Source of the DNA: Myxococcota bacterium
GTDB taxonomy: Bacteria > Myxococcota_A > UBA796 > CAJQPC01
Assembly (NCBI GenBank): GCA_036012755.1
Contig: DASCPX010000059.1
Span: forward strand, 1 to 64,000
Direction: 5' to 3'
Length of the DNA: 64,000 nt
In this document: piece by piece, positions 40,394 to 49,425 of the stretch
How the letters are laid out: the number at the start of each line of letters is the position of its first letter
Position numbering within the stretch: the first letter of the stretch is position 1
The notes under the pieces: model-generated
Database searches by the model: none
What the model saw: the letters and a program-made list of their open reading frames with translations, nothing else
Told to the model about the DNA's origin: nothing
Made by a program: the position numbers and the translations under genes

Positions 40394-40409
40394 TGTTCCA
40401 CGTGGAACA
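40394..40409. promoter_or_regulatory. parS site (intergenic)
   Basis: Perfect palindrome TGTTCCACGTGGAACA. Confidence 0.9.
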
Positions 40410-40412
40410 CCC

Positions 40413-41462
40413 TCAGGGGAGGCCCTCGTCCTCCAGGTCCGCGTCGAGGAAGCGTAGGGTCGCCATCCTGGCGGCGAGCGGCTTGACGACATCCATCCCT
40501 CTGCGGACATCGACCAGCGCGATGTCGATGGTGGAGAAGTCCCCCCCGGCGCCTCCACCGGTCACTGCACCCAGCTCGTCCTGGCGCAGGCGGGCATCCA
40601 GCGCCTCTTCGAGCTCGTACTTGTCCCGGGTCTCGAGGCGAAGGGTCGCGAAGCGCTCGCCGTGGCGGGAGAAGCGCTCGGAGACGAACATCGGCGAGGT
40701 GCGCGCGGCCTTCCACATCGCCGGGTGCGTGGAGCGCGCGACGATGAGGTCATTCTGTGTGGCATCCTCGAGCTTCCACATCGCCGACGGGGTCTCGTCC
40801 GGAGGCCGCTCGTGGAAGGGCAGATCGGGGAGGCTCCTCAAGACTGTGTTTCGTGCGCCATGGAAGAGCACCGGGAGGGTCTCCCATGTGCGCAGTCCCT
40901 CGCTGGAGTCGGCTGGCTCGATGGCGCCGACCCAGTCGTCGAGCATGCGCTCTCCCAGCAGTCGCTCGGTCGCGACGAAGGCCGCGTCGAAGACCCCCTG
41001 GGCTGATGCCTCCGGGATGTGCCAGCGGACGCCGATCCGGTGGTCCTCTGCGGGCTCCACTCCGATCGAGGCGCCCGCCAGCTTCACCCCCACGCGGTGC
41101 TCGACGAAGTTCGCGGCGATCTCGGGCCCCGCAGGTGGACGCGCGGACGAAAAGGCCCATCCAGGCAGCTCGGGCGCTCGCTCCATCAAGGTGGCGACCA
41201 CGGCGCGCTTGCTGCGCACGGACTCCGGCGTGATGACGAGGCGGTGACCGCCGGCGCCTTCTGGGCCAGGCCCGAACTCCCACAAGAGCCCCGGCGTGAT
41301 CGGGGCCAGGTGCTCGTTCATCCAAGCGACGAGGTCCCACCGGTCATGCATGCGGAACAGCGCATCGATGCGATCGACGCGCTCCGAGAAGGCTCGCCAG
41401 AAGTCGTCGATGGCTTCGAGGACGGGCTCGCGCTCCAGGTCGGAGAGGGTGATCCAGCGCAT
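40413..41462 (-). CDS. Hypothetical protein
   Basis: 'IDDFWRAF...GLLWEFGPG...LVITPE...LLGE'; coupled to the upstream gene. Confidence 0.7.
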   Translation of the reverse strand: MRWITLSDLEREPVLEAIDDFWRAFSERVDRIDALFRMHDRWDLVAWMNEHLAPITPGLLWEFGPGPEGAGGHRLVITPESVRSKRAVVATLMERAPELPGWAFSSARPPAGPEIAANFVEHRVGVKLAGASIGVEPAEDHRIGVRWHIPEASAQGVFDAAFVATERLLGERMLDDWVGAIEPADSSEGLRTWETLPVLFHGARNTVLRSLPDLPFHERPPDETPSAMWKLEDATQNDLIVARSTHPAMWKAARTSPMFVSERFSRHGERFATLRLETRDKYELEEALDARLRQDELGAVTGGGAGGDFSTIDIALVDVRRGMDVVKPLAARMATLRFLDADLEDEGLP

Positions 41463-42388
41463 CAGATGGCCGAGACCTGGAGCTCCATGCCGGTGGCGGC
41501 GCCCCAGTCCTGCACCGCCGCGAGCACGGGCGGACTCGCGGCGAAGCGCCGCTGACGGAAGAGCCCGACACCCTCGACCACGTCCTCGCTCTCGTCGGGC
41601 AACAGCGGGTCCATGTGGCGGGACTCCTGGACGTCCTCTGCGAGGATCTCGCTGACCAGATGCAGGAGCAGCCCGCTCCCCAGGTCCTCTGGCACACCAC
41701 GCGGGAGCTTGATGCCGGGGAACCAGAAGGGGCCGATCGTGCCCCTGGACAGCCTGAGGATCTGCCCACCCAGACCCGCCGCGAGCTGCTCCCGCAGGCC
41801 GAGGATGGGTACGTCCGCGTGGCGGGAGAACAGGTGGACCACGCCCTCTGGCACGAAGATGCCCTCCTCCGTGAGCTCGATGGGGCCCAGGAAGTGGCGC
41901 GAGGGCCAGCGCACGGTGCAGCGGACGCGCCGCCAGCGCCCGTCCGCGGCGAGGCGATCCCAGGTGACCGTCACGTCGATGGTCGGCTTTCTCCGGTGCA
42001 GCGCCGCGATCAGGCGAGAGCTGGGCAGGATGGGGTTGCGACGCAGGAAGCGGTGGAGGCGGCGGCGCGCCTGCATGCGCTGTCCGAGGTCCGGATCGAG
42101 GCGCAGGGCCCGCTCGATGCTCTCGTCGTCGAGGTCGGTGTCGTCGTCTCCCCGACTCGCGAGGTGCTGCTCGGCGACGACGCGGCTGATCCAGGCGAAG
42201 TCGGGCATGCCGCTGGCCGGCTCGGCGCGGGCGGGGAGGACGACATCAGCCGAGAGCGCGGGGTCGAGGGCCTCCAGCAGCGCGGTGGCCTCCGACAGGG
42301 GCACGTAGTCTCCGTGGGGGGCCAGCGTCTCCAGCGCAGCACGGAGTGCGCGGAGATAGGGTCCGGCGCGCTCCGGGCCCAGCTCCAC
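41462..42388 (-). CDS. Hypothetical protein
   Basis: Middle gene of a tightly packed three-gene run; 'GTIGPFWFPG'. Confidence 0.65.
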   Translation of the reverse strand: MELGPERAGPYLRALRAALETLAPHGDYVPLSEATALLEALDPALSADVVLPARAEPASGMPDFAWISRVVAEQHLASRGDDDTDLDDESIERALRLDPDLGQRMQARRRLHRFLRRNPILPSSRLIAALHRRKPTIDVTVTWDRLAADGRWRRVRCTVRWPSRHFLGPIELTEEGIFVPEGVVHLFSRHADVPILGLREQLAAGLGGQILRLSRGTIGPFWFPGIKLPRGVPEDLGSGLLLHLVSEILAEDVQESRHMDPLLPDESEDVVEGVGLFRQRRFAASPPVLAAVQDWGAATGMELQVSAI

Positions 42389-43423
42389 TCAGTCGTCCTC
42401 GCCGAACCAGGCCTCGACCTCGGCCTCGGCATCTGTGCGCATGGCCTTGTCGGCGAGGGCCTTGGTGCGCTCGCGGCTGACCCCTTCGAGGCTGTCGGTG
42501 AGCAGCAGGTTCCTGCCCTCGACCTCGGCCTTGATGCGGGTGCTCAGATCAGGGAGGACCTCTGTCAGGAGGCGCTGGGTCTGCTCGACGTAGGCGGCGG
42601 TGACCTCCATGGCCGTGCCCAGCTCCGTGAGCGACTCCTGGAGCTCCGCGACAACAGTGGGGGCGTCCGCCGCCATGCCGAGGGCCTGGATCCGGCGTCC
42701 GGCCGAGTCGACCGCGCCGCTGGCGTTCAGGACATAGCCGGACATGCCCTCGTGGAGCTCCAGCACTGCATCGCGGAGGGCTCGCGTCGGTCCCAGGGAG
42801 CCCTTGGAGAGCTCGCTCGCTGCCCGGAAGAGCTCGAGGTTCAGGGACTCCTGGCGAAGCTCGAAGGTGAGGCGGTCGATGCGCCGGGCGGCCTCCTCCT
42901 CCGTGTAGTCGTGCTCGCCGCTCTCCACTGCCCCCAGCGCGCTCTCGAGCTGGATCACGCGCTGAGCGGCGATGCGCTCGTTCGCGCGGGCTTCGACTCG
43001 ACCCTCGTGGAGACGATCGACCTGCTCCTGCAGCTCCAGGGCCGACAGGCGCAGCTCATCGGAGAAGGCGGTGGCTTGTCGGAGGCGTGTCGCTGCGACC
43101 TCGTACTGGCGCAGCAGGCCCTCGGCGACCGATCTGCGGCCGAGGATGGCCGAGCGCGCAGAGAAGCGGCGCACGAGGGAGTTCCAGATGGAGTCGTCCG
43201 CCTCGCGGCGCTCCAGGTCGCGCAAGGTCGTCTCGTGCTGCTCGAGGTTCCTGAGCTCACCACCGAGGGCCTTCCCGAGCTCGTCCTGGGTCTTCACCAG
43301 CTCGTCGACCTTCGTCAGCGCCTCCTTGTGTCTCTGGTGGATGTCGTCGCGCCGCTGTTGCAGCTCGGCCTGCGAGGTCGTCTTTCCTCGGTACTTCGGC
43401 AGGTTCTGGAGCACGTTGCCCAC
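42389..43423 (-). CDS. Coiled-coil protein (weakly TelA/PspA-like)
   Basis: All-helical heptad pattern; SD-like GGAGG/GAGG upstream. Confidence 0.7.
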   Translation of the reverse strand: MGNVLQNLPKYRGKTTSQAELQQRRDDIHQRHKEALTKVDELVKTQDELGKALGGELRNLEQHETTLRDLERREADDSIWNSLVRRFSARSAILGRRSVAEGLLRQYEVAATRLRQATAFSDELRLSALELQEQVDRLHEGRVEARANERIAAQRVIQLESALGAVESGEHDYTEEEAARRIDRLTFELRQESLNLELFRAASELSKGSLGPTRALRDAVLELHEGMSGYVLNASGAVDSAGRRIQALGMAADAPTVVAELQESLTELGTAMEVTAAYVEQTQRLLTEVLPDLSTRIKAEVEGRNLLLTDSLEGVSRERTKALADKAMRTDAEAEVEAWFGEDD

Positions 43424-43594
43424 GCCTCTGTTGTGCCTCCGAACCGGTCACCTGGCAAGGATCGTAGACGCTCGAGAGCCCTGCATGTTCCAGCCGACTC
43501 CGATAGGCGAGCACAGATGCATGCTGCCGAGCCGATTCCCTGCCTCCAGTGCCTGGAGCGGATCGTCGTCGGAGGCGTGCTCGACGCGGGGCCC

Positions 43595-44467
43595 ATGCCT
43601 GCCTTGGACGACGTGGAGGGGGCCATGGTCCATCCGGACCTGCCGCCGGTCGTCGACGGTCACGTCCACCTCTTCCCGGACCTGGTCTTCGATGCGCTGT
43701 GGACCTGGTTCGAGCGTTACGGCTGGCCGGTTCGCTATCCGCTGCGCTCGCCCGCGGTGCTGGAGTTCCTGCTCTCGCGCGGGGTCGAGCACGTCGTCGG
43801 TCTCCACTACGCCCACAAGCCGGGCATGGCGCGCGGGCTGAACCGCTACATGGCCGGGCTCGCCCAGCGGGAGCCACGCCTGACCGCCCTGGCGACGGTC
43901 TTCCCCGGCGAGGAGGGGGCGGTCGACGTGCTGGTCGAGGCCTTCGTCATGGGCCTGGCCGGGGTGAAGCTGCACTGCCACGTCCAGTGCTTCGCCCCCG
44001 ATGACCCGCGGATGGCCTCGCTCTACGAAGTCTGTGTTGAATACGATCGCCCGATGGTCATCCACGCCGGGCGCGAGCCGAAGAGTCCGGCCTACAAGGT
44101 CGACACCTGGGCCGTCAGCGGCGTAGATCGTGTGGAGTCCGTCTTGCGGGACCATCCCCGCTTGAAGCTCTGTGTGCCGCACCTCGGGGCCGACGAGTTC
44201 GACCAGTTCGCGGCCCTGATGGAGCGATACGAGGGCCTGTGGCTCGACACGACCATGATGATCTCGGGCTACTTCCCGATGGAGGTGCCGCTCCGGGCGG
44301 TGATGACCGATCCGGGCCGCGTCATGTACGGCAGCGACTTCCCCAACCTGCCCTACGCCTGGGATCGCGAGCTCGAGGCCCTGCGAGCGCTCGGTCTCCG
44401 CGAGGAGTGGCTGCCGGGGCTGCTGGGCGGCAACGCGCGCTGTCTGTACGATCTCCAGGCCGACTGA
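43595..44467 (+). CDS. Amidohydrolase family 2 protein
   Basis: 'VVDGHVH', 'GVKLH', 'IHAG', 'VPHLG', 'YGSDFP'. Confidence 0.88.
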   Translation: MPALDDVEGAMVHPDLPPVVDGHVHLFPDLVFDALWTWFERYGWPVRYPLRSPAVLEFLLSRGVEHVVGLHYAHKPGMARGLNRYMAGLAQREPRLTALATVFPGEEGAVDVLVEAFVMGLAGVKLHCHVQCFAPDDPRMASLYEVCVEYDRPMVIHAGREPKSPAYKVDTWAVSGVDRVESVLRDHPRLKLCVPHLGADEFDQFAALMERYEGLWLDTTMMISGYFPMEVPLRAVMTDPGRVMYGSDFPNLPYAWDRELEALRALGLREEWLPGLLGGNARCLYDLQAD

Positions 44468-44471
44468 TGTC

Positions 44472-45155
44472 TCAGAGATCGTATTCGATACGGATCAGCA
44501 CGCTGCTGCGTTGGGGGATCCCGTTCACCACCATCGGATCGAGGCGCCAGCGCTGGACCGCTGCCAGGGAGCTGTCGACGAAGATCTCCGGACACTCGTC
44601 GACGACGGCTCCGTAGGGGCGCCCGTCCGAGTCGACGTACAGGCGCACGAAGCACTCGCCCTCGATGACCCGGTCGCGGGCCACCTGCGGGTAGCGCGGA
44701 GGCACTCCCGGCCACTTGACGAGCACCGCCCAGTCGAAGGCGGTGGTGCTGGTGTCGGCTTCTTCGGGGGGCACTGCGCCCGTGCGCCACCACTCCATCG
44801 AGTCGGGGGCCGGAGCCGCCCGCTGTTGCTGGAGGCTGCGCTCCTTCGGCGCGGGCTTGAAGGTGAGGTTGGCCTCGATCCTGACCGCTGTCGGTGCACC
44901 GTCGACGAGGTAGGGGTCGATGCGCCAGGCGCCCATCGCCTCTCGGGCTGCGGCTCGATAGCCCTCTGGACAGGCCAGGCCGTGGACGTCGACAAGGACC
45001 ACCTCGCCGCCCTGGTCGAAGTCGATTGCGGCTGAGCAGGTCCTCGTGCCGCTCTTGTCGTCCTCTGGCCACGCTGGCGCCTCGTACTCGAGGAACTCCA
45101 CCTCGTAGGCCGGGACGACCAGCGGCTCGGCAGAGGCCAGCGCGACGAAGAGCAC
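44472..45155 (-). CDS. Exported protein with two TonB C-terminal domains
   Basis: MLFVALASA; 'PRYPQVARDRVIEGEC.V.LYVDSDG', 'WRLDP..VNG.P', with a similar first copy. Confidence 0.75.
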   Translation of the reverse strand: MLFVALASAEPLVVPAYEVEFLEYEAPAWPEDDKSGTRTCSAAIDFDQGGEVVLVDVHGLACPEGYRAAAREAMGAWRIDPYLVDGAPTAVRIEANLTFKPAPKERSLQQQRAAPAPDSMEWWRTGAVPPEEADTSTTAFDWAVLVKWPGVPPRYPQVARDRVIEGECFVRLYVDSDGRPYGAVVDECPEIFVDSSLAAVQRWRLDPMVVNGIPQRSSVLIRIEYDL

Positions 45156-45171
45156 GCACGCAGCGTAGCCC

Positions 45172-45187
45172 TGTTCCACGTGGAACG
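45172..45187. promoter_or_regulatory. parS site (intergenic)
   Basis: TGTTCCACGTGGAACG. Confidence 0.88.
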
Positions 45188-45877
45188 TCAGGCGATGCTG
45201 AAGCGGTACCCGACCCCGCGCAGGGTCTCCAGGCACTTGCCGGTCTCCGGTCCGAGCTTCCGGCGAAGTCGCTTCACGTGTGTGTCGACGGTCCGCGAAG
45301 TGATGCCCTCGCGGTAGCCCCAGACATCCCTCAAGAGCTGGTCCCGGCTCTGGACCTGGTTCTTGTGGGTGAGGAAGTGGGCCAGGAGCTTGAACTCGAT
45401 CATGGTCAGGGGGACCTCCTCGCCCTCGAGCCAGACCCGGTGGGCACCCTCGTCCAGCCTCAGCGAGCCGAAGTCGTGGGGGCCCCCGCCCTGTTTTGCG
45501 CTGCGTTCTGATCGTCGCAGGACCGCGCGAACCCGGAGAACCAGCTCTCGCGGGCTGAATGGCTTGGTCATGTAGTCGTCGGCGCCGACCTCGAAACCCA
45601 CGACGCGATCGATCTCCTCTGCCCGAGCCGTGAGCATCACCACCGGGATGTCCGCCGTCCTCGAGTCCGCGCGCAGCTGCCGGCAGACCTCTGTGCCGGG
45701 GATGTCGGGGAGCATGAGGTCGAGGAGCACCAGGTCCGGTCGGGGGTCCGCCCAGGCAGCGCTCAGGCCATCGCGCCCCGTCTGGGCGCTGATGACGTGG
45801 AAGCCCTCTCTTCGCAGCTTCCACGTGAGGGTGGCGACGAGGTCGGCTTCGTCTTCGACGAGGAGGATCGTGTGCAT
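45188..45877 (-). CDS. OmpR/PhoB-family response regulator (PhoB-like, no adjacent kinase)
   Basis: 'LVEDE', 'LLDLMLP', 'MLTARAEEIDRV.G...GADDY.TKPFSPREL', 'RTVDTHVKRLR', 'TLRGVGY'. Confidence 0.93.
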   Translation of the reverse strand: MHTILLVEDEADLVATLTWKLRREGFHVISAQTGRDGLSAAWADPRPDLVLLDLMLPDIPGTEVCRQLRADSRTADIPVVMLTARAEEIDRVVGFEVGADDYMTKPFSPRELVLRVRAVLRRSERSAKQGGGPHDFGSLRLDEGAHRVWLEGEEVPLTMIEFKLLAHFLTHKNQVQSRDQLLRDVWGYREGITSRTVDTHVKRLRRKLGPETGKCLETLRGVGYRFSIA

Positions 45878-46914
45878 CAGAACAGCTTCTTCAAGTGGTC
45901 TTCATGGGTCACGGGGAGCGGCCCGGGCTCGCCGTCGCGCCCGCGTCGTCCTCCGGCACCGGTCTGTCCGGGGACGTCGCCGGCGCCGCCCTGGCCGCTG
46001 CGCCCTCCCTCACCGCCTGGTCCGCCTCCGTGGTCGACGACGAGCTTGTCCAGGTACGAGGTGACACCGGGATCTACAAAGAGGACGGCGTCGCCCCCGG
46101 GGCCTCCGTCTCCCCCGTCACCGCCGTGGCCTCCGTGCCCGCCGGAGCCGTGGCGTCCCATCGGGTCGCCCTCTCCGCCGAGTCCGCCGTTTCCTCCGTC
46201 CTGGCCGTCCTCGCCATGGCCGCCGCCTCCGCCCCGAACGTCGATGCGCAGCGTTCCGCCCTCGGGATCGAGCAGGTAGCGCCGCGTCTTCGACCTCCAC
46301 TCCCCGTCGACGAGCACCTCACCCTCCACCTTCACCTGCACCAGATCCTCGTGGGCGTAGACGAAGACCCGCGCGTGGCCGCCAGCGCCGCCATCGTTGC
46401 CGTGCTCCCCGTTCCGGCCGCTGCCACCTGCCGTCCCGTCCTGGCCGGCGCCCTGGGCTCGCCCGTCGTCATCCGTGGACGCCGGCGCCCCGTCAGAGCC
46501 GTCGAGGTCGTCCCACGCACCGCTCGGCGTCCAGCCCGACCCACCCCGAAGGTCCGCCACGTAGTCGCAGTCGTAGCGGGGCACCACCGAGTATCGGCGT
46601 GCCAGCTCCGGCCGGTCGGCGAGGCGCACGATGAGGTCGAGCTCCTTGCCCTGGCTCTTGCGCGGATCCTGGTAGAGCGTCACGCCGGTGCCGTCCGAGG
46701 TCTGACCGTCCAGGACCAGCTCTATCTCTCGCCAGGCCACGCCGTCCCGCCCCGAGCTCCGCGTGTGCTTCGTCCGGCCGTTCTTCAGCCTCAGCTCCAC
46801 CTCCAAGGGCTGGACGATGCCGGGACAGAGCGCCAGCGTGTCACCGACATCCGGGCTCACGACCTCTATGTCCGTGACCTTCTTCGAGGCGAGGCAACCA
46901 ATGAGTAGAATCAC
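45877..46914 (-). CDS. Lipoprotein with Gly-X-Y (collagen/PGRS-like) segments
   Basis: GTG start overlaps the upstream TGA; MILLIGC; three GxxGxxG tracts. Confidence 0.75.
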   Translation of the reverse strand: MILLIGCLASKKVTDIEVVSPDVGDTLALCPGIVQPLEVELRLKNGRTKHTRSSGRDGVAWREIELVLDGQTSDGTGVTLYQDPRKSQGKELDLIVRLADRPELARRYSVVPRYDCDYVADLRGGSGWTPSGAWDDLDGSDGAPASTDDDGRAQGAGQDGTAGGSGRNGEHGNDGGAGGHARVFVYAHEDLVQVKVEGEVLVDGEWRSKTRRYLLDPEGGTLRIDVRGGGGGHGEDGQDGGNGGLGGEGDPMGRHGSGGHGGHGGDGGDGGPGGDAVLFVDPGVTSYLDKLVVDHGGGPGGEGGRSGQGGAGDVPGQTGAGGRRGRDGEPGPLPVTHEDHLKKLF

Positions 46915-47138
46915 GGATTCTCCTGGTTCAAGCGGCGCTTTCGGCGTTTCCAGCCGCGCCACAGCTCGTGGGTCACGCCCACCACACAGACGACGTGGTG
47001 GAGACCGAGCCAGATCCATCCGCGCAGTCCGAGCTTGGCACCAAAGACCACGGTCACGCCCACGGCGACGAACAGCCAGGCGAGCGCGACGATCACGCCC
47101 CCGTCGGCGCGCTGCCGCCGCTCAGCGCCTGTAGACAT
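46911..47138 (-). CDS. Small membrane protein
   Basis: Two hydrophobic segments, basic tail; stop coupled to the next gene. Confidence 0.55.
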   Translation of the reverse strand: MSTGAERRQRADGGVIVALAWLFVAVGVTVVFGAKLGLRGWIWLGLHHVVCVVGVTHELWRGWKRRKRRLNQENP

Positions 47139-48477
47139 GGTTCCCCACGGTCCGATCCCAGTGACTCACCGCCAGGTCACGTGGCGCTGGAGCCAGGTAG
47201 CTCGCCTCCACCACACCTGGACCGGAGACGTAGCCGTCGCCAGCGACCCCACCGGCGATCTCCAGGACCGGGCCCCTCCCAGGCACCTCGACGAGCCCCA
47301 TGCCCGACACAGTTTCTACGATCTCGTGTGACAGGTCGAGGTCTGCCCAGGCGAAGGCCTCGATGACCCCTTTCGAAGAGCTGCTCCACGTCGTCTCGGT
47401 GTCCAGCACCCCGTCGTTGTTGCGATACAGACGCACGACATCTCCGTAATAGTCGACGACCCCCCACGCCCCCGCGGCAAGGTCGAGATCGCCGTCCTGG
47501 TCGACGTCTTCGAGCGAAACGGCCGACTGGAAGCGGGGCTCGTCCTGTGAAATCCAGCACAGGCTGAAGTCCGGGCCGCAGTACAGGCTCACTGTCCCGT
47601 CGCCCCCGAGCTGATCGTTGTCCGAGACGACGAGATCCATCGTCCCGTCCCCATCCACGTCGCCCCAGTCCAGGGTGTTTCCTTCGAACTTCGAGTCGGC
47701 CCCCGCGGCGGTCCACCAGGGCTCGGGATCCAGCTCCCCGTCCTCGCTGAGGTAGATCGTGTGGGGTGTCTCTGCGTTCGCGAAGGCGAGGTCGAGGTCC
47801 CCGTCCGCGTCTGCGTCGAACCAGGCCACGTCGAAGCTGTAGCGCGGCGTCTCGGTCGTCCAGGTCTCGGTGAAGGTGGCCTCTCCGTCGTTGTAGTAGA
47901 CCCGGGAGACCTCTGGCTCGTGGTAGTAGGGCTCACCCGCGGCGATGGCCAGATCCAGGTCGCCGTCGAGGTCCACGTCTCCAAGGGCGCAGGAGAAGGT
48001 GTAGAAGCCCTCGGTCTCCCAGGCTGGGGTGGGAGACAGGGTCCCGCCGGAGTTGAGGTAGACCTGCACACCGCCAGGCTCGTCCCACCTGTCATCGCCC
48101 AGAAAGCGGCTCACCACGACATCGACGAAGCCGTCGCCGTCGAGATCCCCGACGGCCAGGTGTCCGAAGTAGTGGTCCTCGGCCGAGGTCCAGGACGCGC
48201 TCTCTTCCAGGGAGCCGTCGAGGTTCTCGTAGACGGAAAGGGGACCTGGCTCGACGTCGTTGCCGTAGGCCACGACCAGATCGGCGTCTCCGTCTCCGTC
48301 GATGTCCGCGAAGGCCGCCCCAGTAGCGGCGCCGGAGTCCTTGGACTCGTAGTCCGGGTGCTCGGGCAGCGGCTCCCACTCCGAGTCCTCGATCCCCGTC
48401 TCCGCACGGCTCTCGTTCGACTCCGAGGGGGAGTCAGGGCCCACCGGAGATGTGCACGCCACGAGGACTGCGATCAT
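47122..48477 (-). CDS. FG-GAP/VCBS-repeat beta-propeller lipoprotein
   Basis: MIAVLVAC; six to seven 'D.DGDG..DL' repeats. Confidence 0.85.
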   Translation of the reverse strand: MIAVLVACTSPVGPDSPSESNESRAETGIEDSEWEPLPEHPDYESKDSGAATGAAFADIDGDGDADLVVAYGNDVEPGPLSVYENLDGSLEESASWTSAEDHYFGHLAVGDLDGDGFVDVVVSRFLGDDRWDEPGGVQVYLNSGGTLSPTPAWETEGFYTFSCALGDVDLDGDLDLAIAAGEPYYHEPEVSRVYYNDGEATFTETWTTETPRYSFDVAWFDADADGDLDLAFANAETPHTIYLSEDGELDPEPWWTAAGADSKFEGNTLDWGDVDGDGTMDLVVSDNDQLGGDGTVSLYCGPDFSLCWISQDEPRFQSAVSLEDVDQDGDLDLAAGAWGVVDYYGDVVRLYRNNDGVLDTETTWSSSSKGVIEAFAWADLDLSHEIVETVSGMGLVEVPGRGPVLEIAGGVAGDGYVSGPGVVEASYLAPAPRDLAVSHWDRTVGNHVYRR

Positions 48478-48501
48478 GGGGGCAGGATACCCAAGCCGAC
48501 G

Positions 48502-49425
48502 ATGGGCCCCGGACAGCGCATGCTCCGCACCTCGCCAGCCGAGGCCGGGATGCGTGTGGACGCCTTCCTCTGCCTGCGCTTTCCCGACTGGTCGAGGAAC
48601 GCCGTGGCCCGGGCGATTCGCGACGGCCAGGTGTGCTCGAAGACCCGCCGCCTCAAGCCCAGCAGCACGCTGCGCGCCGGAGAGGAGCTCCTCATCGCCG
48701 GTCCCGAGCCTGGCCCCAAGCCGGAGTGCCCGCCGATCCTGCACGAGGACGAGGACATCATCGCCTTCGCCAAGCCTGCCGGACTGCTGATGCACCCGGT
48801 GGGGCGCGACTTCGCTTGGGGCCTGATCAACCTCGCCCGGGACCGCTTCCCCGACGAGGACCTCCACCTGGGCCATCGCCTGGACCGGGAGACATCTGGG
48901 GTGGTGGTCGTCGCCCGCTCGGCGGAGGCCAACCGCATGGTCAAGGCGGCATTCAAGACCCGGGCCTGCGTGAAGACCTACTGGGCGATCGTCCACGGTG
49001 AGCCGAGCTGGGAGGAGGAACGTGTCGACGCTGCGATCGGCCCCGACACGACGAGCCCGGTGCGCCTCAAGCAAGGAGTGAGGCCGGACGGCGCCCCGGC
49101 GCGCACCTTCGTCCGCGTGCTCCGTCGGCTGGGTCGCTACAGCCTCGTGAGCTGTCGACCCAAGACCGGGCGCACCCACCAGATCCGGGTGCATCTGGAC
49201 CACCTGGGGCACCCGATCCTCGGGGATCGGCTCTACGGCCAGGACCCGGAGGTCTTCCTCGGGCTCTTCGAGAAGCGCCCGGTTCCGCGTCTTCGCCAGC
49301 GTCTCGGACACCCCCGACACTGCCTCCATGCACGAGCGCTGCACCTTCCCCATCCCCGCGGCGGCATGCTGAGCCTCCGCGCGCCGATGCCCAGCGACAT
49401 GGCGCGGGTGGTCCATCGGAGATGA
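48502..49425 (+). CDS. RluA/RluD-family pseudouridine synthase with S4 domain
   Basis: 'KPAGL', 'HRLDRETSG', 'TGRTHQIRVH', 'HPILGD.LYG', 'LHA'. Confidence 0.93.
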   Translation: MGPGQRMLRTSPAEAGMRVDAFLCLRFPDWSRNAVARAIRDGQVCSKTRRLKPSSTLRAGEELLIAGPEPGPKPECPPILHEDEDIIAFAKPAGLLMHPVGRDFAWGLINLARDRFPDEDLHLGHRLDRETSGVVVVARSAEANRMVKAAFKTRACVKTYWAIVHGEPSWEEERVDAAIGPDTTSPVRLKQGVRPDGAPARTFVRVLRRLGRYSLVSCRPKTGRTHQIRVHLDHLGHPILGDRLYGQDPEVFLGLFEKRPVPRLRQRLGHPRHCLHARALHLPHPRGGMLSLRAPMPSDMARVVHRR

